In this document: positions 21,000-32,418 of the stretch, in pieces
Layout of the letters: every line of letters starts with the position of its first letter
Numbering within the stretch: position 1 is the stretch's first letter
DNA from: an uncultured Methanosarcinaceae archaeon
GTDB lineage: Archaea > Halobacteriota > Methanosarcinia > Methanosarcinales > Methanosarcinaceae
Assembly (NCBI GenBank): GCA_963721455.1
Contig: CAVRJG010000071.1
Location: 1-40,495, forward strand
Length of the DNA stretch: 40,495 nucleotides
Direction of reading: 5' to 3'
Program-made: the position numbers and the translations under genes
Notes under the pieces: model-generated
The model's input: the letters and a program-made list of their open reading frames with translations, nothing else
Database searches by the model: none
Told to the model about the DNA's origin: nothing

Positions 21000-21154
21000 C
21001 ATTTATCAAGCCTTAAATTTGTGAAAACAACACGAAAATAAAACAACACGAAAATGAAAGAAAACTAGGATAAAAAAATTAAATAAAAGGGAAGTAAGAA
21101 TCAAAGGGAAATTAAGATGTCTGAAGTTTCAGATAGCTTTTTCCTCTCCTTTAA

Positions 21155-22702
21155 TTACTCTTTTACAATAAGTGACTCTCCTTTCATCTCTTCAGGCTTT
21201 CGGATGCTGAGGAGTTCCAGAAGAGTAGGTGCAAGATCGCATAACTTTCCATTCTTGAGAGCTTTTACCTCCCCATTTCCTGCGTAAATGCATTTTACAG
21301 GATTTGAAGTATGTGCAGTATGCGGCTCGCCTGTCATCGGATTTTCCATCTGTTCGGCATTTCCGTGGTCTGAAGTTACAAGTGCTACACCCTCTGCTTC
21401 TTTCAGAGCCGTTACAATTCTACCCACGCAGTCGTCTACGGTTTCGACTGCCTTTACTGCGGCCTCTAAAATTCCTGTGTGCCCCACCATATCCATATTT
21501 GCGAAGTTGAGGAAAATCACATCATACTTTCCTGACCGGATTCTCTTTATCACTTCATCAGTAACCTCATATGCGCTCATTTCAGGTTTGAGGTCATAGG
21601 TAGCAATCTTTGGCGAGGGGATCAGGCACCGGTCCTCTCCTTCATAGCATTTTTCCTGTCCGCCGTTTAAGAAAAAGGTCACATGGGCGTACTTTTCGGT
21701 TTCAGCAATGCGGAGCTGGATAAGCCCCTGTTTGCTCAGTACTTCTCCAAGCACATTTTCCAGTTTTTCTTGAGGGAAAGCAATGGGCGAATCCAGGGTT
21801 TCATCGTACTGGGCCATACATACATAGTGAACCTTCGGGCGTTTTTCCCTGGTGAAGCCTTCAAAGTCTTTATTTACAAAAGCCCACGTAAGCTGCCGTG
21901 CCCTATCAGGCCTGAAATTGAAGAAGATTACAGAATCATTGTCCCGTATAATTGCCTCGGGCTTTCCTTCCGAATCGGTTATTACAGTCGGTTTTACAAA
22001 CTCGTCAGTTTCTCCCCTGCCGTAGGCTTCAGAAACCGCAGTCTCTGCATCAGGGGCTGTATAAGGGGCAACTCCTCTAGTCAGGGCATCATAGGCAAGT
22101 TTTGTCCTCTCCCAGCGCTGATCTCTATCCATTGCGTAGTAGCGCCCTGATAAGGTTGCGATCTTAACACTTCCGTTCTCCTTACAAAAAGCATCAAGCT
22201 CCTTTATGTCTTTAAGGGCGGCTTTAGGGGGTACATCCCTCCCGTCCAGAAAAGCGTGTATATACACTTTTTTAAGCCCTTTCTCCTGTGCAAGTTTGAT
22301 CAGGGAATATAGGTGAGTCATATAGCTGTGAACGCCTCCGTAGGAGACAAGCCCCATGAGGTGCAGGCTTGAATCATTGGCTTTGGTATTTGAAATCGCA
22401 TTCAAAAAAGCCGGATTTTTAAAGAAATCTCCGTTTTTGATAGAGAGGTTTATTCGGGTAAGGTCCTGGTACACAATTCGCCCTGCTCCTATATTCAGGT
22501 GCCCGACTTCGGAGTTTCCCATCTGACCTTCCGGAAGGCCTACGGCCTCCCCGGAGGCTTCTAAAAAACACCACGGATATTCTTCCGTCAGGCGGTCAAG
22601 GTTTGGAGTTCTGGCTGTCAGGATAGCATTTCCTTCTCTGGCTTCCCTATAGCCCCAGCCATCGAGAATCATGAACATAAGAGGTCTTCTTGCCTGAGTC
22701 AT
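21155..22702 (-). CDS. gpmI: 2,3-bisphosphoglycerate-independent phosphoglycerate mutase (bacterial-type)
   Basis: [39 protein letters not shown] and SDHGN motifs. Confidence 0.96.
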   Translation of the reverse strand: MTQARRPLMFMILDGWGYREAREGNAILTARTPNLDRLTEEYPWCFLEASGEAVGLPEGQMGNSEVGHLNIGAGRIVYQDLTRINLSIKNGDFFKNPAFLNAISNTKANDSSLHLMGLVSYGGVHSYMTHLYSLIKLAQEKGLKKVYIHAFLDGRDVPPKAALKDIKELDAFCKENGSVKIATLSGRYYAMDRDQRWERTKLAYDALTRGVAPYTAPDAETAVSEAYGRGETDEFVKPTVITDSEGKPEAIIRDNDSVIFFNFRPDRARQLTWAFVNKDFEGFTREKRPKVHYVCMAQYDETLDSPIAFPQEKLENVLGEVLSKQGLIQLRIAETEKYAHVTFFLNGGQEKCYEGEDRCLIPSPKIATYDLKPEMSAYEVTDEVIKRIRSGKYDVIFLNFANMDMVGHTGILEAAVKAVETVDDCVGRIVTALKEAEGVALVTSDHGNAEQMENPMTGEPHTAHTSNPVKCIYAGNGEVKALKNGKLCDLAPTLLELLSIRKPEEMKGESLIVKE

Positions 22703-22948
22703 ATGAAGGGAATTCCGCACCTGTTCATAAATAGCTTGTTATGAATCTCTAGCAGCCGTTATAATATATTATATTATATATTTATATTGTATTGAAAATA
22801 TATATACTGTCCTTAATTATAAGTATTAACAATTACATACTTCTCCGAAAGGTAGAAAAGAGACCTCAAAAACGGTGCAGTGTCTCTACATAATTTTTAT
22901 AGGAAGTTCAGGCTAAATCTCCGGTTAACGGAAGGAGGATGGGATTTT

Positions 22949-23554
22949 ATGAGTCAAAACATCCAAGATATTATGAACATTAGTCACGTAAAGATAGCGG
23001 ATCTAACCGCGAACCCTGCTCCTCTGGGTTTGATGGGTTTCGGAATGACGACGGTACTTTTGAATATACACAATGCAGGCTTCTATCCAATGAACGCGAT
23101 GATTCTTTCGATGGGCTTCTTTTATGGTGGGCTAGCTCAGGTCATTGCCGGGATCATGGAATGGAAGAAGGGTAATACTTTTGGGACCACAGCTTTTACT
23201 TCATACGGGCTTTTCTGGCTCACTTTGGTAGGAATCGTCCTGCTCCCGAAGGCTGGCGATAATTTTACAGGGTTCGCTACAGCGTCGTTTCCCTTTGCCG
23301 CATACCTCTTCATGTGGGGGATTTTCACCCTTTATATGTTCATAGGTACACTTAAAGCAACAAGGGCTCTTCAGGTTGTTTTCTTGACCCTTGCAATCCT
23401 ATTCTTCCTGCTTGCAGCTGGAAATTATCTGGGCAGCGCGGAAATACTTAAAATCGCTGGCTATGAAGGGATCTTTACAGGACTTTCAGCAATTTATGCT
23501 GCCATGGGTCAGGTACTGAACGAGATGTACGGAAAGAAAATTATTCCTTTGTAA
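22949..23554 (+). CDS. Acetate uptake channel, GPR1/FUN34/YaaH (SatP/AceP) family
   Basis: [11 protein letters not shown] signature and GNTFG.TAFTSYG.FW; GGAGG RBS. Confidence 0.93.
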   Translation: MSQNIQDIMNISHVKIADLTANPAPLGLMGFGMTTVLLNIHNAGFYPMNAMILSMGFFYGGLAQVIAGIMEWKKGNTFGTTAFTSYGLFWLTLVGIVLLPKAGDNFTGFATASFPFAAYLFMWGIFTLYMFIGTLKATRALQVVFLTLAILFFLLAAGNYLGSAEILKIAGYEGIFTGLSAIYAAMGQVLNEMYGKKIIPL

Positions 23555-23709
23555 TATTTATATTCGCATCTTTTAGGGCTCTTTTGCCCTTTATTTTTAC
23601 TTTTTGATCTTTTCTACTTATCAGGGGTTTCAGGGAAATCTGTTATTTTCCCTATTTCATGAACTGTTTGTGAGTTTGCCCCTTCTCTCTATAACTGTGG
23701 GACTTTTTT

Positions 23710-24085
23710 AGAGACATTTCCTTTAGCAGGAAAATCAGGGATAGAAAAACCATGGTTACACTTATATTTTTGAATTTTCAGCTTCCTACCTTGATCGCGG
23801 TGCAGTAGATTATTCCCCAGACAATTCTTTCGGCAATCGAATAAGTCATCATCAGGATAATAACTGCTTCAGTAACAACCTCTGCCCAGGGTTCAAAGTC
23901 GAGATCTTTTAAGCCCTGAACATAAAAATTCCATTATAAGGGCCGGAGATGTCGCAATCATCACAGCTCCGAAATCCATCCATGTGCTGCTGAGGATGGT
24001 GGGGTTTACAAAATGATGAAGCCATTGTTACAAATGTGGTCAACCCGGAAGGATCTCTGTTTAGGGATCGGTTTTGTTCTCACAC
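23710..24085 (-). pseudogene. NCS2/AzgA-type purine permease relic with a large internal deletion (ends approximate)
   Basis: Frame-hopping translation gives TEILPG/LTTFVTMA/FVNPTILSS/MDFGAVMIAT joined directly to SPALI/QGLKDLDFEPWAE/LMMTYSIAERIVWGIIY.TAIKV. Confidence 0.72.
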
Positions 24086-24091
24086 AGTTTA

Positions 24092-24131
24092 CATAACTTT
24101 TTCAGGATCCTCATAACTTTTTCAGGATCCT
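24092..24131. repeat. Perfect 20-bp tandem duplication
   Basis: CATAACTTTTTCAGGATCCT x2. Confidence 0.85.
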
Positions 24132-24453
24132 CTTATGTGCCACTTTATAAATTTATTTCATATTCCTGGTTTCCACGCATATAAGTGTTCAGATTTGTTA
24201 CAGGACGTATACCAATATCTTTTTTATGGAACAACGAGAACCTAATTTCCTTCTAAACGCACATGAAATTCTTCAAATAACAGGCGCAAATAATGAAAGT
24301 ACTTGGGGGAACTTTCATGCCAAAAATAATTGTTAGTTTATTCGGTTAATATTAGTTCATCTCTCTACTATTAGTTTACCCGCTATCTCTTATACAAATT
24401 ATACAATCTTATACTTGGTTAATAATATTTGCAAGTCGTCCAATATTATATTT

Positions 24454-25377
24454 ATGGGCTCCGAGGTATTTTTTGGAAGTTTTGATCGCGTTCTCTGGCA
24501 CAGAAGACAGAATGTTCCGGAATATAGGGAAAAGAATGCTACCCTTGAACTACTAAAAAGTTCTATTTTGGTTGCGTTTTCAGGCGCATTACGAATTCAT
24601 CTCGCTTTCCTCCTGCTTCAAATTCAGTCCAATGTATTCACCTGCATTGCAGGAGGACTTGTAATCTACACCGTATATACACTCGACAGGGCACTTGGCT
24701 CAGAAGAGGATATTGTAAACCGGAAGGAATTAAATGGCTCAAAAAAGGAAATCGGTCTTGCTGTCTCCATGCTGACCTTTGTCATAGGAAGCTATATACT
24801 GGCAAAAGAGGGAATGCTTGTACTTGCATTCATACCTTTTGTGACCGGCTTTCTTTATAGTAAAGGTATTAAAATTGGAAAATTTTCTTTGAAACTCAAA
24901 GGCGGGCTTGGAGTCAAAAATTTTGTTGTGGGTCTTACCTGGGGTGCTTTCATTTCAGGACTTGCAGGCAGCACTTGTGGAAACATGATTCCTATAGTTC
25001 TAGTTTTCACTTTCTTTGGAGTCAAACTCTTTGTCAATTCTACCATATATGATTTTAAAGACGTCAAAGGAGACACTCTCGCAGGTATCAAAACCCTTCC
25101 TGTAAGCTTCGGTGCACGAAATACCCGTAACTTCCTTCTAGGACTGCACCTGCTCTCCCACCTGATACTCGGTATTGCTCTAATCAATGGGGTTCTTGCT
25201 TTCGAACCTATGATCGTTCTCTACAGTTTCATATGCGGGCTGATATGCATCCAAACCTATACAATACCTGATGATGAGGAGCCCCCTTTCCGGAAATTCG
25301 AAAGAATCATTCTTGTGGACGGAGAATCAACCTCAATCCTTGGACTGAGGACAATTGCAGGTGCTCTGCTGGTATAA
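24454..25377 (+). CDS. UbiA-family prenyltransferase
   Basis: YTLDR...ED..N and DFKDVKGD...GIKTLP Asp-rich motifs; multi-TM. Confidence 0.88.
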   Translation: MGSEVFFGSFDRVLWHRRQNVPEYREKNATLELLKSSILVAFSGALRIHLAFLLLQIQSNVFTCIAGGLVIYTVYTLDRALGSEEDIVNRKELNGSKKEIGLAVSMLTFVIGSYILAKEGMLVLAFIPFVTGFLYSKGIKIGKFSLKLKGGLGVKNFVVGLTWGAFISGLAGSTCGNMIPIVLVFTFFGVKLFVNSTIYDFKDVKGDTLAGIKTLPVSFGARNTRNFLLGLHLLSHLILGIALINGVLAFEPMIVLYSFICGLICIQTYTIPDDEEPPFRKFERIILVDGESTSILGLRTIAGALLV

Positions 25378-25555
25378 GGTATATGCTTCGCAGAAGCTCT
25401 ATGCTGAAGTGTAAAGAACAATACAGCAGGCAGAATGTCTCAGAGAAAGCGATTCAACCCACAGTGAATTTACCGGACTTAAAACTGCAAATCCCCAAAC
25501 CCTTATTTCCCCATCTCGTTTTTCAGGGTTCTTCTCCGGAGATTTCCAGCAGGAT

Positions 25556-26350
25556 TTACAGATTCTTTATTTCAATTGAAATCTCTTTATAATGCTTAAA
25601 AAGGTCTTCTCCCCATTTAATTGAAGACGAGTCAAAACCTATCAGGTCATTTCGAGGATCGAAGGTTCCGTTTTTGAAAAAGAGCGAAAGGGATAAGAAA
25701 CGATCTGTTACCACAAAAGCTATCTTTGCATTGTCATATACATGGAAACTTGTATGCTTGTATTTAAGGAATTCTTCAATTTCCGCACTATGCTCGCTTT
25801 TTATTTTGAAGAAAACATTGGGTGTAACAATTATGGAAATCGGAACATTCTTGCGGGCCAATTCCAGGAACATTGGGGGATGGCTTGGAAGAAAAATGGA
25901 TGAAAATCCCACGAACTGGGTAGAAGATAATACATTCTCTATAAATGCCTTATGAGTATCGTAAATATGTTCATGTTCATCTCTTACAACCATGCATTCT
26001 TTAAGTTCCTGAATCCTGCTTAACAACATATCAGGAATTGCAACAAGATCATGGTCTCTCCAGAAATTTTCATTTGCTTCTATAGCTGCGAGGGTGTCCA
26101 AGAAGGGCTTGTAATATATGGCTGAAACTTTCCCGAGGGGGGTCAAATGATACATTCCCTCCTGCCTGATAATCAAATTTGCGGTTTCCATCTCTTTCAG
26201 GCGAGGCAGAATTTCAGGTGACTTTACATCAAAATAATCTTTGATTTCGGAAAGAGTTCTCGGATTTTCCCGAAGTAGAAATAGAATATCCTTTCTTTTT
26301 TCAGAAAAGGTGAGAATACTTAAAAGTCCGTTGGATTTCACTTTTATCAA
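25556..26350 (-). CDS. Winged-helix (ArsR-like) regulator with DUF1724-type C-terminal domain
   Basis: SEKRKDILFLL..PRTLSEI HTH, FW..HDL..IP, VVTDRFLSLSLF..G.FD and WGEDLF..Y. Confidence 0.88.
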   Translation of the reverse strand: MIKVKSNGLLSILTFSEKRKDILFLLRENPRTLSEIKDYFDVKSPEILPRLKEMETANLIIRQEGMYHLTPLGKVSAIYYKPFLDTLAAIEANENFWRDHDLVAIPDMLLSRIQELKECMVVRDEHEHIYDTHKAFIENVLSSTQFVGFSSIFLPSHPPMFLELARKNVPISIIVTPNVFFKIKSEHSAEIEEFLKYKHTSFHVYDNAKIAFVVTDRFLSLSLFFKNGTFDPRNDLIGFDSSSIKWGEDLFKHYKEISIEIKNL

Positions 26351-26843
26351 CCCATTATTTTTAATTGTTCCTGGATATAATCGGGGCTTTATGTCCTTAA
26401 GTGGGCTCTCCGCTTTTGATTTACAATATATAAAATTTAAGTTTTATGTTCCTCTCTTTTTTTATATTGAATTGAGGTGACAGTTCTATCTGGATGATAT
26501 AACATTGCTATAATGATATACGAATTCAATATATATTATCTTTTTTGAGAGTGTACTTAATTATTAGTAATTTTTCTATCATTTCCTGCTTGTATGTATC
26601 TCCCTTCCGAAAAAGTAAATTGAGTCTTTGAATAATTTTTCATTGCAATAAAAAAAATTTTATATGTCAATAGTATTAGATTATTTTACTAATATACAGC
26701 TCAGAGTTAAGTATTCAGGCAATAGAACAAAAATAATAATTAAAAAATTAATATTCAAAATGAATTATTTATTAAATAATTGATAAAAGTAAGCTAGTTT
26801 TAAAGCAGGATATGTTAAATAAAATGTTAAATAAATTTAATAT

Positions 26844-27844
26844 CTGACTTTCCGCAGATGTCCGTTCAACTTTCACAATTTTTTCTACTATCGTTTTTCT
26901 GAAAATTTCCCTGCTTATTCAAACATGTTTTTTTGAAATGTCTTACACTTTTCAATCTTGTACTTTCATTGAAAGCTTCTAACTTACATTTCAGGAAGCT
27001 TCAGTTGAGATAATAATTGCAAATTTTAGAGCAAATATCCAAAAATGATAGCAAGAAAAATGTTATTTTCTTGAGACATGTCGGGTAAGTAGGGAGGATT
27101 ACTCCTCCTTTCTCCCCTAGGAACCGTACTTGAAAGTTTCCCTTCATACGGCTCGAGTGTTTTCAAACCCTTTCTGTATCAGGCACCAGTTATTTGCATA
27201 ACTGATTTTGTGATTCCGGATAACAGCCCACTAACATAATTGTCTGTAAGCCTCTCACCTATTGGTGTCGTTGAGTATCTTACATTTGTAGGTTTGTTTC
27301 CATTCACACAAGAAAACACCATCAGTAAGTCTGCATCCTTTCGGATTGAGGCAAAGTTTGAACCTCTGTCCAATCCATTACAGATTGGCATTCGCTTTTT
27401 ACTGAATCCTCTACCCTCAATGCCATCGTTATCCCTCGCGGGAGTCCTACCCATTATGGGAGCATTTAGGGCTTACCAAGTTCTATACTACAAATAATGT
27501 GAATACCTTAGAAGCCATCTATAAACCGAGAATCATTTGTCCATTTGCCATAATGTCCGCAGACCCATTATAGCCCGATTCTGTACCTTTTGGTTAAGCG
27601 CATCAACCTGCTTTCGCTTATTCCACTTCACGATTCTTACGATGGTTCACTTTACGTTCTTCATAGTATTCTTATCCTAACCAATTATCAAAGTCAGGCT
27701 CCTTGATTTCTTGATATTGTCATGTGAGCTCCACACACAAACGTTACCATTTATGCATGTCACAGTAGGATTACCTCAAATGGAAGAGGTAGCGTAATGG
27801 CGCGATTCATAGTATAGCTTCTTGTCGCACCTGCGGAAGGTCGG
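26844..27844. mobile_element. MITE D (IS1634-like, 250 bp once the intron is removed); right TIR interrupted by the group II intron
   Basis: Left TIR is CTGACTTTCCGCAGATGTC (26844-26862). The right TIR reconstructs as CCGACCTTCCGCAG|ATGTC (27844-27831 joined to 27079-27075), 17/19 match. 6-bp TSD TAATAT at 26838-26843 and 27845-27850. Confidence 0.85.
27080..27830 (-). ncRNA. ORF-less group II intron (751 nt)
   Basis: 5' GTGCG at 27830. Domain V is GAGCCGTATGAAGGGAAACTTTCAAGTACGGTTC (27154-27121) with an AGC triad. Domain VI ends ...CTTACCCGAC at 27080. The EBS1 loop (27562-27556) is complementary to the 5' exon. No RT ORF. Confidence 0.92.
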
Positions 27845-28200
27845 TAATATGTAAACATGTTTAAAAAAAGCTGGCTATATAACGTGATATATAACGTGAT
27901 ACATCTAATAAAATTGAGTGAGTTCTCGAAAACTGAACGAAGTATTACATCCAAATTTATTGATAAAAACGTTAAATTTAATATGTGGTCCAGATAGATC
28001 TGATCTCTTTATATCCTGAATTTCCTTGAAAAATATTAAAATATCGGTTTCCTCTGATACTCAAAGCTATTGTCAATTGAGCGTTAAAAGTTCTTGAAAT
28101 CAAGTTTGTAAATTTAATTTTTCCCTGCCCTTGGACGGCAGGGATTAGGATTCCGGTTTCGGATTCCGGTTTCGGTTCATTCGTTATTTTATCGGTTTTC

Positions 28201-29817
28201 TCAATGCAGGAAGTGGCGCATGCCTGTGAAGACCATGGCAACTCCGAGCCGGTTTGCAGTGGCAATAACCTCGCCGTCCCTGATTGACCCTCCTGGGGAG
28301 ACTATGTAGCGGATATTATTTTCGGCGGCATAAATTATGCTGTCATCGAAGGGGAAGAAAGCATCCGATGCCATTACGCATTCTGACATAACTTTCTGGC
28401 AATAATCTTCAAAGGAAACACCAGGATGTTCTCTTTCGTAAATTGTCCTCAGATTTTCGACAGCCTTTGTGGCTGCTAGTTTGCGGATCGAGTCAACCCT
28501 ATTCGGCTGCCCTGCACCCATAGCCAGTATCATGAAAAAGCCTGGCTCGTACTCATGAGCAAGGATCACTGCATTGGATTTGGTTGCTTTACAGGCTTTC
28601 AGGCAGAATTCCGAGATAGAGCGTTTGTCTTCAGGATAGGGGGCGTCTGTGACCGACTCCCATTTCTCGTAGATTCCGATGTCGCGGCTTTGCTTGAGCA
28701 TGCCTCCGATTATATACTTATATGTATATTCTGTTCCGAAAATTTCTCTGAGCTCAGGCAGTTTCAGGAGTCGCAGGTTCTCACTTTTATTTTTCAGGTA
28801 TTCAAGGGCATCGGGCTTGAAGTCAGGAGCAAGAATAATCTCCACAAATTTTCCATTCAGAAAAGTAGCAGCCTCAAGGTCAAAGATCTCATTCGTGCAG
28901 ATTATGCTTCCGTAAGCCGAAATCGGGTCTCCGTCCCAGGCAGCCCGAAGAGCCTGCAGGAGTGTGCTTCCGGTAGCAAGCCCGCATGGATTGTTATGTT
29001 TTACGATTGCTACTGCAGGGGAGGCATTTCCGAGTTCTTTTACCGTCTGAAGGGCATTGTCGGCATCCACATAGTTATTATAGGAAAGTTCCTTCCCATG
29101 CAGCTGGGCGGCTTTTGCCAGGCTAGGGCCTTCTATTTTAGGGTCTTTATAAAAATAGGCTTTCTGATGCCAGTTTTCTCCATAGCGGAGTTTCACGCCG
29201 TCAGTAAACTTCAGGCGAAGTGCTTCTTCTCCGAGCAGAGTCTTGCTAAGGTAAATATCGATGGCTGCATCGTAATCAGCAGTATGCCTGAAAGCCTTGA
29301 CTGCAAGGGCAGCTCGGGTTGAATTAGAAATTATTCCGCTTGAGCGCAGTTCTTTCAGGACGTGCCCGTAATCCGATGGGTCGGAGAGCACTGTTACCGA
29401 ACGGTAGTTCTTGGCTGCCGAGCGAAGGAGAGTTGGGCCTCCTATATCTATATTTTCAATGGCTTCCTCAAGTTCCACGCCCTCTTTTGAAACAGTTACT
29501 TCAAACGGATAGAGATTTACAGCCACCATATCAATGAGGGAGATCTCTTCTTTTGCAGCCTCCTCCATCTGTTCATTGCTTTCCCGCAGGCATAAGAGCC
29601 CTCCATGAATTCTCGGATGGAGAGTCTTGACCCTTCCTCCCATCATCTCCGGACAGCCCGTAACTTCCGAGACATCGGTAACTTCTATGCCGGCGTCGCG
29701 AAGAATTTTCGCTGTTCCGCCTGTTGAGACTATCTTCACGCCAAGTGATTCAAGCCCGCGTGCGAATTCTGCAATTCCTGTCTTATCTGAGACGCTGAGC
29801 AGTGCCCTTTTTACCAA
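28201..29817 (-). CDS. purH: Bifunctional AICAR transformylase/IMP cyclohydrolase
   Basis: RALLSVSDKTG, GRVKTLHP, IDIGGP, LRYGEN.HQ, ASDAFFPF and GMRHF.H motifs. Confidence 0.97.
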   Translation of the reverse strand: MVKRALLSVSDKTGIAEFARGLESLGVKIVSTGGTAKILRDAGIEVTDVSEVTGCPEMMGGRVKTLHPRIHGGLLCLRESNEQMEEAAKEEISLIDMVAVNLYPFEVTVSKEGVELEEAIENIDIGGPTLLRSAAKNYRSVTVLSDPSDYGHVLKELRSSGIISNSTRAALAVKAFRHTADYDAAIDIYLSKTLLGEEALRLKFTDGVKLRYGENWHQKAYFYKDPKIEGPSLAKAAQLHGKELSYNNYVDADNALQTVKELGNASPAVAIVKHNNPCGLATGSTLLQALRAAWDGDPISAYGSIICTNEIFDLEAATFLNGKFVEIILAPDFKPDALEYLKNKSENLRLLKLPELREIFGTEYTYKYIIGGMLKQSRDIGIYEKWESVTDAPYPEDKRSISEFCLKACKATKSNAVILAHEYEPGFFMILAMGAGQPNRVDSIRKLAATKAVENLRTIYEREHPGVSFEDYCQKVMSECVMASDAFFPFDDSIIYAAENNIRYIVSPGGSIRDGEVIATANRLGVAMVFTGMRHFLH

Positions 29818-30180
29818 AAAATCACCAATATACTTGGTTTCAAAATTATTAGCTATAAAACTTATGGTTTACACATTATTATATTAAAAAGAAACTTCTC
29901 TTTCCGGGAAAACCGAACTTCAATTCTGAAAATCCAGTATTCTCTTAAGCATGCTTTAACAACTCTTCTGGATATGTGGTTCTTTAAGTTTTTGGTACTT
30001 TGTATGCATAACTTTCTGGAAGTATACTATTATTGACTTCTTTCAGGAAAAGTGTTCACGTGAAATACTTATTCTTTGGAAACAGAATGAATAGGGGATG
30101 CATAGAGAAACTGCTTTTTCAGGATTACTTCTTTGATTTATTTTTTCCGAAGATAACATATCAAAGGGTTGGGGAATTTG

Positions 30181-31533
30181 ATGGAAAAGAAATACGATAT
30201 TATAATTATCGGGACAGGTACAGCAGGCAGGACTCTTGCAGGCAGGGCACGGTCATCAAGATTGAAATTCGCCATTATCGACTCAAGGGAGTATGGGGGT
30301 ACCTGCCCTCTTAGAGGCTGCGACCCAAAAAAGGTACTTGCAAGTGCGTCTGAAGCTACAGACCTGAATAATCGGCTGATAGGTAGAGGCACAGGGACGG
30401 AGAACCCTCTAGAGGTCGACTGGCCCTCACTTATCGAGTTCAAGAGAACGTTTACTGAGGACTATCCCCGTGAAACTGAAAAAATGCTCGCAGATTTGGG
30501 GATTGATATGTATCACGGAATAGCCCACTTTGCGGGTGAGAAAACCGTAATTGCCGGAGAGGATATACTCAAAGGGGAATATATCTTCATTGCGACGGGA
30601 TCAAAGCCCCGGAAACTGGGCATACCCGGCGAGGAATACCTTACAACGAATGAGGGTTTCATGGAAACTAAAAAGCTCCCTCAAAAGATCATTTTCATCG
30701 GGGGTGGCTACATCTCTTTCGAGTTTGCACACATTGCGAGAAGAGCAGGATCCGAGGTCTTAATCCTGCACAGGAGCGAAAAACCTCTCGGACCTTTCGA
30801 TCCCGATATGGTAGATCTGCTTGTAAAAGCTTCAGAAACAGCAGGCATTAAAATCCTTACAAACAACCAAGTGGAAGCTGTCGAAAAAGAAAATGACGGC
30901 TTTCTGGTCAGGACCGAATTCAGAATCGGGGCTCAGTCCGAAACCCGGACTTTTCATGCGGGCATGGTTTTTAACGGGGCCGGGAGAGTCCCTGATATCG
31001 AATACCTGAAACTTGAGAATGCAGACGTTAAGGCTGATAAGAAAGGTATTATAGTTGATAAACACATGCGGACTTCAAATCCACATATTTACGCTGGAGG
31101 AGACTGTGTCGCCGAAGGCATGAAACTAACTCCGGTAGCAACACTCCAGGGCCAGATTGCCGCAGCTAATATTCTGGATGGAGATGACGCAGAAGCCGAT
31201 TATGCCGGCATCCCGAGTGCAGTCTTTACCATTCCTGTCCTGGCTTCTGTGGGAATCAGTGCAGCAAAAGACAGCGATAAATATAAGGTGATTTTCCGGG
31301 ACAGAAGCAAATGGAAGACAACACGGAGAGTCGGCATCGAATTTGCAGCTTCAAAGGTAATTATAGACGAGGCAAGTGGCCGCATAATGGGAGCTCATAT
31401 CCTGGGCCCGAATGCTGAAGAAGCTATCAATATTTTTGCTATGGCAATAAGGCTTAACCTCAGTGTATCGGACATAAAAAAAGTAATCTTTACCTATCCT
31501 ACTATATGTTCGGATATTCCTTATATGCTGTAA
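30181..31533 (+). CDS. Class I pyridine nucleotide-disulfide oxidoreductase (glutathione reductase/LPD-like)
   Basis: GTGTAG, GGTCPLRGCDPKK redox CxxxxC, GGGYI and C-terminal YPT motifs. Confidence 0.9.
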   Translation: MEKKYDIIIIGTGTAGRTLAGRARSSRLKFAIIDSREYGGTCPLRGCDPKKVLASASEATDLNNRLIGRGTGTENPLEVDWPSLIEFKRTFTEDYPRETEKMLADLGIDMYHGIAHFAGEKTVIAGEDILKGEYIFIATGSKPRKLGIPGEEYLTTNEGFMETKKLPQKIIFIGGGYISFEFAHIARRAGSEVLILHRSEKPLGPFDPDMVDLLVKASETAGIKILTNNQVEAVEKENDGFLVRTEFRIGAQSETRTFHAGMVFNGAGRVPDIEYLKLENADVKADKKGIIVDKHMRTSNPHIYAGGDCVAEGMKLTPVATLQGQIAAANILDGDDAEADYAGIPSAVFTIPVLASVGISAAKDSDKYKVIFRDRSKWKTTRRVGIEFAASKVIIDEASGRIMGAHILGPNAEEAINIFAMAIRLNLSVSDIKKVIFTYPTICSDIPYML

Positions 31534-31669
31534 AACTTCCTGCAAGACCCGGACGCAGGCACTCAAACTTACCTTCTGATGCCTTACTCCGGGAAACGTA
31601 ATACAGATTCCGCAAAGAAAGTACGCTTCCGCTGAAACCGGAAACAAACCCGAAAATCTGGAGTTACTC

Positions 31670-32374
31670 ATGCCTGAAAAAAAGCCCAAAAAATCGGATA
31701 CTCAAGATTCTCTTTATGAATATGATCTCCCTGACAACAGGCACAATTTTGACCGGATCTGGGCTCTTCTAAAAAAAGAGTATCCGAACGCAAAACCTTC
31801 TCTTAACTACAGTAGTCCCCTTGAACTTCTTGTGGCAACCGTTCTTTCAGCCCAGTCAACCGATGTCCAGATTAACAGAGTGACTGAAAAGCTGTTCAAA
31901 AAGTACAGAACTGCGGAAGACTATGCAAACGCAGACCTCAGGGAACTTGAGATCGATGTCTATTCCACAGGCTTTTACAAAAACAAAGCAAAGAATATCA
32001 AAGCTGCTGCGCAACTGATTGTTGAGAAATACAATGGTGAAGTCCCGGACGCTATGGAAGAACTGGTTAGTTTGCCAGGCGTCGGGAGAAAAACAGCTAA
32101 TATAGTGCTTGCCAGGGCATTTGGGATAATTGAGGGTATCGCTGTGGACACGCATGTAAAAAGGGTTTCAAGAAGGCTGGGATTTACGAAAAACTCCGAC
32201 CCTGACAAAATTGAACAGGACATTCTATCTCTTGCTCGAAAGGAAGACCTTGATTCAATCTCCATGACCCTGATTTATCATGGGAGGGAAGTCTGCCAGG
32301 CAAGAAAACCAAAATGTCCATCCTGCGTTGTGAACCAGCTCTGCCCTTCGAGTATAATATTTATAAATCCTTAA
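31670..32374 (+). CDS. nth: Endonuclease III
   Basis: LSAQSTD, HhH LPGVGRKTA, AVDTHV and the C-x6-C-x2-C-x5-C [4Fe-4S] motif. Confidence 0.95.
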   Translation: MPEKKPKKSDTQDSLYEYDLPDNRHNFDRIWALLKKEYPNAKPSLNYSSPLELLVATVLSAQSTDVQINRVTEKLFKKYRTAEDYANADLRELEIDVYSTGFYKNKAKNIKAAAQLIVEKYNGEVPDAMEELVSLPGVGRKTANIVLARAFGIIEGIAVDTHVKRVSRRLGFTKNSDPDKIEQDILSLARKEDLDSISMTLIYHGREVCQARKPKCPSCVVNQLCPSSIIFINP

Positions 32375-32418
32375 CCTCAATTTTCCTGGGAGACGATGGA
32401 AATTTTTAATCCAGAACT

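Noticed and set aside
27179-27497. ORFs inside the intron as an intron-encoded protein
   Set aside because: They are under 95 aa, have no RT motifs (no YADD) and overlap structural RNA domains.
28148-28173. Short tandem duplications (GGATTCCGGTTTC x2; similar ones near 21025-21055 and 27876-27900)
   Set aside because: These are two-copy slippage repeats with no further structure.
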